Made by a program: the position numbers and the translations under genes. A DNA stretch of 41,808 nucleotides from a virus (taxonomy: Duplodnaviria > Caudoviricetes): positions 1 through 41,808 of IMG/VR virus record IMGVR_UViG_3300033076_000864. One strand, given 5' to 3'. The notes under the pieces are model-generated. The model was not told the DNA's origin. It saw only the letters and a list, made by a program, of their open reading frames with translations, and did not search any database. Below, piece after piece: positions 14,819 through 23,255 of this stretch. The stretch's first letter is position 1, and every line of letters begins with the position of its first letter.

Positions 14819-15580
14819 ATGGTCCTAAAGGGGTTTGTGCGCTGGGGCAAACGCAAGCCCAGGCCGGAAAACTTCGACAAGCCCTACGTGCCCAAGGTCG
14901 AGCGCGAGTACAAGGCCACAAACCGCCCGCGCACGCCCCAAGAGAAGGCAATCGCGGACGCAGAGCGGCGGGTCATCGAAGCGCACGAGGCGTACCTGCA
15001 ATCGCTTCAGCCCAAGCGCCACATCCCTATCGACAAGATGGACAAGGAGTTTGTGGCAGACTACCGCGCTGCGTGCGCCATGCTGGCCGAGTACTTCGCA
15101 GACGGCGGCAACCTCGACGCGCTGCCGTTCATTGTCTGGATGGAAACCTTCATGGGGCCGTACACGGCAATGTGGTGGTTCCGCGTGATCGGCAACACCG
15201 CGTTCTGCAAGTGGAGTCGGCTAGGGTACGACGCAGGCTTGAAACGCCTCAAGGAGATCGAACATGCCTGCCAAACGGGAGACTTTAGCGGAATCGGACA
15301 CCTTGAGCCTAGAGCCGCGATCCTCTATCGAGGACGACTTTGCGGTGTGCGACATTGTGCCGATCCGCGACGCGTTGCGCCAAGCCCCTACCTCCGCTGT
15401 GCGTACCTACAACCTCACAGTCGATACGCTTGCATCTTTTGCGCGCCAATTGGATCCGGCGACTTTAACGGAGGACGACCTCAAGGCTATCACCCTCTTA
15501 GGTATAGCGGAATCAGCGGAGGCCAAGGAGTTCAAGCCGATGGCGTCCCTGATTGGCGAACTGCGCAAGTCGATCGTTAA
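14819..15580 (+). CDS. Hypothetical protein (MVLKGFVRWG...); last ~105 codons overlap the next gene
   Basis: ATG 8 nt after the upstream stop; the first ~150 codons look like genuine coding sequence. Confidence 0.55.
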   Translation: MVLKGFVRWGKRKPRPENFDKPYVPKVEREYKATNRPRTPQEKAIADAERRVIEAHEAYLQSLQPKRHIPIDKMDKEFVADYRAACAMLAEYFADGGNLDALPFIVWMETFMGPYTAMWWFRVIGNTAFCKWSRLGYDAGLKRLKEIEHACQTGDFSGIGHLEPRAAILYRGRLCGVRHCADPRRVAPSPYLRCAYLQPHSRYACIFCAPIGSGDFNGGRPQGYHPLRYSGISGGQGVQADGVPDWRTAQVDR

Positions 15581-15653
15581 GCCCGAGAGCGGCATCAACC
15601 AGTTGTCCAAGGCGCTCGCTTCGGCAATCGAGCGCGCATCGAGGCAGGGCTAG
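15264..15653 (+). CDS. Putative terminase small subunit
   Basis: AAGGAG RBS; 129-aa helical protein ending 2 nt before terL. The function call is positional only. Confidence 0.45.
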   Translation: MPAKRETLAESDTLSLEPRSSIEDDFAVCDIVPIRDALRQAPTSAVRTYNLTVDTLASFARQLDPATLTEDDLKAITLLGIAESAEAKEFKPMASLIGELRKSIVKPESGINQLSKALASAIERASRQG

Positions 15654-15655
15654 AC

Positions 15656-17275
15656 ATGACCGTCGACAACGAGACCCAGCAACTCCAAGCACTGCTTGAA
15701 ACATGGGCGGGCAGTCTTGACGTGTTCTCGCGCTCGTTCGATATTCGCAACAAAGACCTTGACACTATTCCGTTTGTCCCTACAGCTCCCCAACGGGCCG
15801 TCTTTGAGACCATTGAGGCCAACAAGCGCAGCTTCTTTCTCAAAGGCCGCCAGATGTTCATCACCACAGCGACCGTCATTGCGGCGCTGCGAGAGTGCCT
15901 ATTCCGCCCCGGCACGCGCGTTTGCGTAGCGGCCCACGACGACAAGTCCGCCATCGAAGTCGGCAACTTCTACGTGGAAATGCACGCTAATAACCCGCTG
16001 TTACGCGAGTTGATGCCGATTACGCGCAATCGTGATCACAAGATCGTGTTCGGCAACAAGAGTAAGATCCTCATCGGCACCGCCAACTCCGAGTTCTGGC
16101 GCGGCTTCCCAACGCACTTCGCCCACTTGACCGAAGCCGCCATGTACGACGACATGGGCGCCACCCTTTCGTCGCTCGGCAACACGGTCCCTAAGAATGG
16201 CATCATCGTAGTGGAGTCAACCGCTTACGGCGAGAATGACTTTTACCACATGTGGAAGGACCGCCGTAGTTCCTACGCCCGCCGCTTCTTGTGCTGGAAA
16301 GACCACCACGAGTACCGCAGCGACGACCCGATCCCCGGCGACCTGACCGACGACGAGCGTGCCTACATCCGCACACACGGGCTGACCAAGCAGCAGGCAA
16401 GTTGGTACGTCGACAAGCGGCGCGGTTTGCCTCCTGACAAGCTCCCGATGTTCGACCAGGAGTTCCCTGCGACCGCTGACATGGCGTTCCTGCTGTCGGG
16501 CAACAAGTTCCTGACCCGCACGGTGCGCGTGCCAGCGCCTGCACAGGTCGACGCCTCCGGCATCTCGCGCATTGAGCCGTTTGACGCCAAAAGCCAGTAC
16601 GCAATCGGCATCGACGTGGCGTCAGGGTCTACAGACGGCGACTTTTCGACCGTTGTAGTGGGCAATCTGACCAAAAAGAGCGTCGCTTGCACCGTCGCGG
16701 TGCGTATGGCAGAGGCTGAATTCAAGTACTTGGCCCGCAAAATCGCAGCAGAATACGGCGATCCGACCTCGTGCATTGAAATCACCACCATCGGTGTCGA
16801 CACATCCGACCACTTTCGCCAAGAGGGCGTACCGCAGTACATCACTGAGCGTGTTAAGGGCATGGCGACGACCCTTGTGCAACAGTACGGATGGGAGACC
16901 AACCCGCAGACCCGTCCGATCCTGTTCGGACGCATTTTTGAGGCGTCGATTGGTGTCAGCCCGTGGACAATCGGATGCCGTCGCCTTGTCGAGCAGTTGA
17001 ACTCGCTGTGCTACAACCGCGACCACAAGCCGCAGGCGCCCAAGGGCGAGCACGACGACCTTGCTGTGGCGTTCGGTCTCATGGTCATGGCGGTGCCCCA
17101 AGCGCGCCCGCCCAAAGTCGTTGAGGTCGACGCGCAGTCGCTACTTCCGAGAACGATCTTTGAAGAAGTCGCCTACATCCAGAAGTATGGCTGGGAGCAA
17201 CTGCAAAAGCTCAAGCAAGCAGAGCAGTTGCGCCATGACGTGCCTGCCGACATGGACTATGTGCCGATGTACTAG
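15656..17275 (+). CDS. terL: Terminase large subunit
   Basis: FFLKGRQMFITT (Walker A variant), FAHLTEAAMY (Walker B), VESTAYG (motif III), nuclease motifs IGIDVASG..DFST and HDDLAVAFGL. Confidence 0.93.
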   Translation: MTVDNETQQLQALLETWAGSLDVFSRSFDIRNKDLDTIPFVPTAPQRAVFETIEANKRSFFLKGRQMFITTATVIAALRECLFRPGTRVCVAAHDDKSAIEVGNFYVEMHANNPLLRELMPITRNRDHKIVFGNKSKILIGTANSEFWRGFPTHFAHLTEAAMYDDMGATLSSLGNTVPKNGIIVVESTAYGENDFYHMWKDRRSSYARRFLCWKDHHEYRSDDPIPGDLTDDERAYIRTHGLTKQQASWYVDKRRGLPPDKLPMFDQEFPATADMAFLLSGNKFLTRTVRVPAPAQVDASGISRIEPFDAKSQYAIGIDVASGSTDGDFSTVVVGNLTKKSVACTVAVRMAEAEFKYLARKIAAEYGDPTSCIEITTIGVDTSDHFRQEGVPQYITERVKGMATTLVQQYGWETNPQTRPILFGRIFEASIGVSPWTIGCRRLVEQLNSLCYNRDHKPQAPKGEHDDLAVAFGLMVMAVPQARPPKVVEVDAQSLLPRTIFEEVAYIQKYGWEQLQKLKQAEQLRHDVPADMDYVPMY

Positions 17276-17425
17276 TTTGGGCGACTGCAAAAAACCCAAA
17301 TAACCCAAGTGCGAATTGCTTGACGCTCTGCGCGTGCGCGAGGCTACCCTTGCAATCAGCCGGTGCGTTCACTGGTGCAGGCCGCCGCTGTTTCGGGCGC
17401 CGGGGCTTCCCCGAAAGGATCTTGC

Positions 17426-18259
17426 ATGTCAGCGCCACAGTCGTTCGTAGAGCACATCCAACAGCAAATGAGCGCAGCCGCCGCTGCACCGCCCGCTACG
17501 TCGCCTGGGGATCCCAAACTCCCCGACCCGCAGCAGGTCAACGGCGCCGACGCTCAACCCGCCGCAGATGCGCAGCCTGAACCCACGGGGCAGGCGGAAA
17601 ACGAGCAAGGACGAAAGGGCAGCAGCCAAGCGCAGCAGCCCGGCGACGACAAGGCCCCCATTCCGCGCGAACGGTTTGAAAAGGTCTACGGCAAGGCAAA
17701 GGAACTCGAACGTCACGCGCAGACGCTCTACAACGAGAACAACGATCTCAAGTTGAGGCTCGCCCGCCTTGAAGGAAGCGCCACGGCCATGAGCCGCAAG
17801 GGCGCAACCGACCAAGGCGCCGAGCGCACCGACGAACAGATCCTAGCCGAGTTGCTTGGTGAGGATCCGCCGGACAACAAGAAGCCCGACGACGCGGCCA
17901 AGGCGAATGTTTCGCCCGAACTGCAAGCCCGGCTAGAGCGGTTGGAGAAGTTTGAGCAGCAAGCGCGTGCAGAGCGTGCCGACAACTTTCTGGAAGCAGA
18001 ACTTGTCCCCGCGCTCATTCGCGACACTGGCCTTCCGAAGAAGAATGTCCTGACCATGCTCGCTCGCGGTATGGAACCGCAAGAAATTGTCGATATGTTT
18101 CAAGGGCAGGCAAAGCCCGAGCAGCCGGCAGCGCCGACTCGCCCGGCGGCCACGCCTCCCCCCGGTGTTCCCAAAGCAAACAGCAACGTCACTGCACCGG
18201 CTCGCGCCCCTTCGCGTAAAGAATGGGGAAGCTGGGTCGACACGGCGTTCAAATCCTAG
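17426..18259 (+). CDS. Capsid scaffolding protein
   Basis: Disordered N-terminus, IPRERFEKV plus coiled coil, Pro-rich C-terminus; directly before the capsid gene; AAAGGA RBS. Confidence 0.75.
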   Translation: MSAPQSFVEHIQQQMSAAAAAPPATSPGDPKLPDPQQVNGADAQPAADAQPEPTGQAENEQGRKGSSQAQQPGDDKAPIPRERFEKVYGKAKELERHAQTLYNENNDLKLRLARLEGSATAMSRKGATDQGAERTDEQILAELLGEDPPDNKKPDDAAKANVSPELQARLERLEKFEQQARAERADNFLEAELVPALIRDTGLPKKNVLTMLARGMEPQEIVDMFQGQAKPEQPAAPTRPAATPPPGVPKANSNVTAPARAPSRKEWGSWVDTAFKS

Positions 18260-18269
18260 GAGTTTCATC

Positions 18270-19568
18270 ATGGCAGCGGATCTAGCTACCCTCAATGCCG
18301 TTCTGAAGAACAACTACACGATCGGCTACATCACCGAGGAACTGAACCAGGCGGTCGACGCTTGGCTCGATTTCGAGGACACGACCCTCCCCGTGGTGGG
18401 CGGTCTCTGCATCCTTCCCCTGCACACCTCGCGTAATGCGGGCGTGGGCGCCGCCGGTGACGGTGCGCCGACCCCGATCGCCGGGCAGCAGGGCTACAAG
18501 AACCTGCAAATTACGCCGAAGTACGTCTACGGTGTGGCGCAGATCACCGGCCCCGCGCTGGCGGCTGCGGCCAACAGCCAAGGCTCGTTCGCGATCGAGT
18601 TCAAGGCCGAAATGGACGGTCTCGTGACCGACATGCGCAAGAAGATGTCGAAGTACACCTTCACGGGTGGTAACGGCATCGGCTTCGTGTGGCAACAGCA
18701 GAACGGCGCGACTTGGGAATACTCGGGTCGCCCCGACATTTCCACTGATCCCGACTACGGCGTGGCCGTGGGCGTCGGTCAGACCGTGAGCTTCTACCGC
18801 CTGAGCGACTACACGCAGGTCGGCATCGCCACGCAGGTCAACAGCATCACCAACGACACGCTGACGCTGAACGCCAACATCAACACGGGCGGCGACGGCA
18901 ACAACATCGCCTACCTCGTCGTGCACAACGGCAATGCCTTCGTCAACGGCCAGCCCCAAGCCCTGAGCTTGGAGCCAACCGGCTTCGCGGGCAACTTCGG
19001 CTTGCAGTCGCTGTTCGGTCTCGACCGTTCGCTGGCGACCAACGCCCGCCTGCGCTGCATCTTCCGCAAAGCCGATCCGACGACCTCGGCCAAGGCTTCG
19101 CTGACGACCGACGGCATGGCGATGGTCATTGCCCGCATCGCGCAAGAGAGCGGCAAGCGCCCGACCAAGATGTGGATGAGCTGGATTCAGCAGGTCGCCT
19201 ACCAAAGCCTCATGGTCAATGTGGTCGTGGGCGGTGTCGGCACCAGCAAGAGCCCCAACCTGCGGCGCGACATTCACGAGAAGGCGGGTCACGCCGATCC
19301 CGGCGACTTGACGTTCGGGTACGCGGGCGTGCCGATCAAGCCTTCGGACGTTTGCCCAGGCGGCTCGATCTACTTCACGCTCAACGACTCGTGGACGCGC
19401 GTGAACCTCGGCGGCAAGGACGGCCACTGGGTCGATCAGGGTGGCAGCCCGATGGTCAAGGTGCAGAACGCGGACGCCTACCAGGCGACCTACGCTCTGT
19501 ACTACGAGCAAGTTTGCCGCGCCCCCAACCAGAACGGCCTCATCACCGGCATCGAAGTGCCCGCGTAA
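18270..19568 (+). CDS. Major capsid protein (HK97-fold inferred)
   Basis: ATG 18270 after AGGAG; 432 aa; strongest codon bias in the window; C-terminal DAYQATYALYYEQVCRAPNQNGLITGI is typical of capsids. Confidence 0.88.
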   Translation: MAADLATLNAVLKNNYTIGYITEELNQAVDAWLDFEDTTLPVVGGLCILPLHTSRNAGVGAAGDGAPTPIAGQQGYKNLQITPKYVYGVAQITGPALAAAANSQGSFAIEFKAEMDGLVTDMRKKMSKYTFTGGNGIGFVWQQQNGATWEYSGRPDISTDPDYGVAVGVGQTVSFYRLSDYTQVGIATQVNSITNDTLTLNANINTGGDGNNIAYLVVHNGNAFVNGQPQALSLEPTGFAGNFGLQSLFGLDRSLATNARLRCIFRKADPTTSAKASLTTDGMAMVIARIAQESGKRPTKMWMSWIQQVAYQSLMVNVVVGGVGTSKSPNLRRDIHEKAGHADPGDLTFGYAGVPIKPSDVCPGGSIYFTLNDSWTRVNLGGKDGHWVDQGGSPMVKVQNADAYQATYALYYEQVCRAPNQNGLITGIEVPA

Positions 19569-19595
19569 GCGACTGCACAACAAGGAGATCCCATC

Positions 19596-20072
19596 ATGGC
19601 TTCGACTGGAAACTTGGAATCCTCGCTTCAGATGCTCGTCTTCGACGGCACTTCGCACTCGTCGGCGGCGCTGCCGCTGTCGGGCAAGTATGTGCAGCAG
19701 TCGACCTCGACCTCGACCGAGTACGACGCGGCTCTGCCGTCGTGCTTCCGGCGCAACTTTGCGTCGGCTACCGCGACTGCGGCTATCGTGGTCCCGTTCG
19801 ACTGCATCGTCATCGGCGCTTTCGCCGTCAAGACGACCGCTGCCGAAGGTGGTCACGCTTCGACGGTGGTGCTGAAGAACGGTGCGGACACCATCGGCAC
19901 CATTGCGCTCAACGCGGTGGCCGACAAGAGCATCACGCAGATCGCTGATATTGACGACACCAAGCAGTTGCTGCTGGCTGGCGCCACGTTGAACATCGTC
20001 AACACCTTGGGTGCCGGCGGCGACAACGCTTGTCAGGTCTACGTGACCGTGCTGAAGACCTCGGCGCTCTAA
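19596..20072 (+). CDS. Putative capsid decoration/minor head protein
   Basis: AAGGAG RBS; beta-rich; follows the capsid gene with similar codon bias. Confidence 0.55.
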   Translation: MASTGNLESSLQMLVFDGTSHSSAALPLSGKYVQQSTSTSTEYDAALPSCFRRNFASATATAAIVVPFDCIVIGAFAVKTTAAEGGHASTVVLKNGADTIGTIALNAVADKSITQIADIDDTKQLLLAGATLNIVNTLGAGGDNACQVYVTVLKTSAL

Positions 20073-20085
20073 GCCGAAACAAGTA

Positions 20086-20136
20086 GGGTTCCCGGTCGGC
20101 AGCGCGGTACAATCATGCTGCCGACCGGGACAACCC
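20086..20136 (+). terminator. Strong hairpin after the capsid genes (attenuator or mRNA stabiliser)
   Basis: 14-bp perfect stem tcccggtcggcagc/gctgccgaccggga, extendable by gggtt/aaccc. No U-tract. Confidence 0.5.
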
Positions 20137-20150
20137 GACGAGAGGCCCCA

Positions 20151-20468
20151 ATGCCATACGCAGACCCTTGGGATGCCGAAGAAATCCGTAACGCTGCAAA
20201 GCGGCAACTTGCTCAAGACCAAGCGGACGACGTTGCCCGCACGCCCGGCGGCATGTTGCGCAATGCGATTGCTGGCGCGCAGCGTGGGTCGGTTGGCGGA
20301 CCTTGGGGCATGGTCGGCGGCGCTCTTTCGGAAGGCGTTGGCGGCGCGGTAGTCGGGCAGGATAAGCTCGACCGCTTCCGCACGGCCACTTCCGGCATGG
20401 GTCCGCTGGCTAAAAAAGGCTTTGACAAGTTCAAAGAAGACGACTCGATTCTCGACGAGCGGCTGTAA
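20151..20468 (+). CDS. Small Gly-zipper protein, possible internal virion/membrane-interacting protein
   Basis: GAQRGSVGGPWGMVGGALSEGVGG; GAGG RBS. Confidence 0.6.
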   Translation: MPYADPWDAEEIRNAAKRQLAQDQADDVARTPGGMLRNAIAGAQRGSVGGPWGMVGGALSEGVGGAVVGQDKLDRFRTATSGMGPLAKKGFDKFKEDDSILDERL

Positions 20469-20479
20469 ACGGAGTCGCC

Positions 20480-22393
20480 ATGAATCAGACCGGCATGGAG
20501 CAAGAGCCCGGCGAGTTGCTTGAGGACGGCGAAGCCGCTCCAGAGTTGACCCCGCAGCAGATTGCCACCTATTCCAGCGACTTCCGCAATCAGATGGGCG
20601 TGTACCTTGTCCGCTGGCGACAGTGCACCGATGCGCTCACAGGTTTTAACCTGACGACTTCGGCGCCATCTGCATGGACGCAAGCGACTTCCGGTCTGCG
20701 CGACTGGCTGCGCCCACGGCAGATCAACTTCCAACTCGCCCAGCCGATCTACCGCAACGTGTGCGCCCGTTTGCAGACCGAGTTGCCCGCCATCGGCGTT
20801 GTGCCCGCAAGTGAAGACCCCGAGGCGATTGCTAAGGCGCAGGCGTCCGAACAGGCAATGCGCTACCACTGGCGCGATGCGGACGTGAAGCGCATCTTGA
20901 CTGATGCGGTGCAATGGCTGGTGGTGCAGGGCACGACTGGTATCCACACCTTCATGGCGGGCGACAACGTGCGCCAAGCCGCCGTGCCCGCCAACGCCTT
21001 GCGCGCAGAGCCCGGCGTGCATAGCCCTGACGAGTCGCGATTCCTAGGCGTCGTAACGCTCACCACAAAGGCCGCCCTTGCCAAGCAGTACCCTGACAAG
21101 GCTGATGCGATTAACGCGGCTCCTGAGCCCATTGTGTCGCTCTGGGATCCGTCGCAGAGCATCTTTGTTCAGCGCGTAGCACCTGACCGGGTTGAAGTGC
21201 TGCAAGCCTACTGCCGCGACGGCAACTGGTTCCACATCGTCGGTGACGGCACCGTGCTTGCGCAGGGCAAGACGCCCGGCAACTGCATCCCGCTGCGCAT
21301 CATTCGCTACACCAAAATTCCCGGGCAGTTCTTTGGGCAGGGCGTGCTTGAGCCGATGCTCGACATCCTCTACGCGTACACGACCATCATGAACCAGATG
21401 ATCGACAACGCGCGGCTCATGAGCAACCCCAAGGTGCTGATCGAGCGCAACAGCAAGGTGCCGGAAGACGCCTTCACATCGCGCGTGGGCGAGAAGATCC
21501 TGTACTCGGGCACCAAGCCTGACGTGTGGGTTCCGCCGCCACTGCCGTCGTATTTCCAGCAGTTGCCTGCCGTCTTGCAGGCGCTGCTTCATGACGTGTC
21601 GGGCATCCACTCGACCTCGATGGGCAAGCGCGCTGTCGGTATTTCGTCGGGTCGTGCCATCGAAGCCCTGAGCGTCAACGACCTTGCGCAGCTCGCGGTA
21701 ACGCAAGACGAGATTGAGGCTGCCGTGGTCGATATGGCCAAGGCGACGCTTCTCTACATGAAGGCGTTCTACCCCGAGCAGAAGATGATGCGGCAGTTCG
21801 ACTCTGCCGGTAAAGCGATGTTCATCGAGCTGCACGCGACGGACCTGGTCGAAGACCCCGACGTGTTCCTTGAAGCGGGCACGCTGTTCTCGTCTGAGGT
21901 CAAGGACCGCGACCAGCGCACGATGGACCTCGTTCGCATGGGCATGATGACGCCGGAAGAAGGCAAGAAAGCCCTGTCGGTTCACCTTGATCCAATGGCG
22001 CCGATCAAACTCATCTCGGACATTCAGCACGCACAGAAGGTGCTCGGCGCCATCATCGCGGACCCGGCAGCACGGGCGCAGGTGTACCCGACCGACAACC
22101 TCAAGGTCTTTGAGGAAGTGGTCGCCTCGTTCATGCAGAGCGACGATTACCGCAACCTCGACCCCGACGCTGAGCAACGGGTCGCCGCGCTGTACCAGCA
22201 GATCGTCAACCTGATCTCGCCCCCACAACAGCCACCGCCAGACATTAAGCAGTTGCCGGGCGTGCCCAAGGGCAAGGAGCCTGAAGGTCGCGCGGACCTA
22301 ATGGGCGGCCCTGTTGCTGGCGATGCCGACTTGACCCGCCCTGCCGATGCTGCCGTGGACGCCGCTGAGGCTCGTGACCAGTTCACGCAGTAG
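20480..22393 (+). CDS. Portal protein
   Basis: 637 aa; portal-like segments QFFGQGVLEPMLDI, LMSNPKVLI and DVSGIHSTSMG...SSGRAIEAL; upstream of the adaptor and nozzle genes. Confidence 0.85.
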   Translation: MNQTGMEQEPGELLEDGEAAPELTPQQIATYSSDFRNQMGVYLVRWRQCTDALTGFNLTTSAPSAWTQATSGLRDWLRPRQINFQLAQPIYRNVCARLQTELPAIGVVPASEDPEAIAKAQASEQAMRYHWRDADVKRILTDAVQWLVVQGTTGIHTFMAGDNVRQAAVPANALRAEPGVHSPDESRFLGVVTLTTKAALAKQYPDKADAINAAPEPIVSLWDPSQSIFVQRVAPDRVEVLQAYCRDGNWFHIVGDGTVLAQGKTPGNCIPLRIIRYTKIPGQFFGQGVLEPMLDILYAYTTIMNQMIDNARLMSNPKVLIERNSKVPEDAFTSRVGEKILYSGTKPDVWVPPPLPSYFQQLPAVLQALLHDVSGIHSTSMGKRAVGISSGRAIEALSVNDLAQLAVTQDEIEAAVVDMAKATLLYMKAFYPEQKMMRQFDSAGKAMFIELHATDLVEDPDVFLEAGTLFSSEVKDRDQRTMDLVRMGMMTPEEGKKALSVHLDPMAPIKLISDIQHAQKVLGAIIADPAARAQVYPTDNLKVFEEVVASFMQSDDYRNLDPDAEQRVAALYQQIVNLISPPQQPPPDIKQLPGVPKGKEPEGRADLMGGPVAGDADLTRPADAAVDAAEARDQFTQ

Positions 22394-22401
22394 GAGCCGC
22401 C

Positions 22402-23100
22402 ATGTACGTCAACGAACTAGGCGACTTCGTGCGGATGCTGGTGGACGACCCGAACCAAGTGTTCTTGTCGCCGTCGCGTCTAGCCGTGTTCTTACAGCAA
22501 GGCTATCTGCAATACCATTCGCAGGTTACGCAAGAGGCACCCGAAGTCTTTGAGGTGATGTATACGCCTCCGACTCCGAGCGGCGTCTACGAACTAAACC
22601 TTGACGGCATCCTGTTTGGCGCTACGCCGTCGCAGCGGCGCTGCCAGAAGATGACGCGCATTGTCGCGTTTGACGCGGGCAGCGGGCTTCCCATCGGCAT
22701 CTTGCAGCCGGCGGCGTCCTACGAAACACTGAGCCCCAACACCTCGGGCAGTATGCAACTGCGCATCTACCCGAATCTGCGGTGGTGGCTCGACGGTCGC
22801 GCGCTGCGCTTCTCGGCGGCGCTCAACCTGTCGATCCAAATCTGGTACATCCCAGACCCCAACATCAATTGGGCGCTTGGGCTTGCGACGCCAGGCGTCT
22901 ACATCGACGACCTAACGCAGTTCCATGACTTGATTGCCTTGAAGGCTGCGCGGTTCTACTACGTCGCGGACAGCGGGTCGAACCCTGAAATCGCGCGCAT
23001 GACCGCGCAGCGCGAAGCCGACATGAACTCGTACTTTGCCGAGACGCGCAGTGGGCGCGGAAGCCGGTATGTGCTAGACGAACAAAGCGGAATCCGCTAG
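22402..23100 (+). CDS. Head-tail adaptor (tail tubular protein A-like)
   Basis: N-terminal helix pair, IQIWYIPDP and FHDLIALKAARFY; follows the portal gene. Confidence 0.7.
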   Translation: MYVNELGDFVRMLVDDPNQVFLSPSRLAVFLQQGYLQYHSQVTQEAPEVFEVMYTPPTPSGVYELNLDGILFGATPSQRRCQKMTRIVAFDAGSGLPIGILQPAASYETLSPNTSGSMQLRIYPNLRWWLDGRALRFSAALNLSIQIWYIPDPNINWALGLATPGVYIDDLTQFHDLIALKAARFYYVADSGSNPEIARMTAQREADMNSYFAETRSGRGSRYVLDEQSGIR

Positions 23101-23108
23101 AGGGCGCC

Positions 23109-23246
23109 ATGTTTACCGAGATTCAGAAGGCCGCAATGCGGGCGCTCGGGCGCGGCGACCGCCAGCCGGGACGCGACGACAAGCCGCAGACCAAGCCCAA
23201 AGACCAGCGCGACCCCAAGCAGCCCGGCCCCACCAAGCCGGCGTAG
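23109..23246 (+). CDS. Small basic protein, 45 aa (MFTEIQKAAMRALGRGDRQ...; not in ORF track)
   Basis: GAGGG RBS; fills the adaptor-nozzle gap. Confidence 0.65.
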   Translation: MFTEIQKAAMRALGRGDRQPGRDDKPQTKPKDQRDPKQPGPTKPA

Positions 23247-23255
23247 CGAGTTGCC

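Noticed and set aside
18282-20222. 646-aa antisense ORF (and similar long minus-strand ORFs at 21044-22228, 32188-33144, 38450-39433)
   Set aside because: Shadow ORFs produced by GC-biased codon usage of the real + strand genes; no RBS or motifs.
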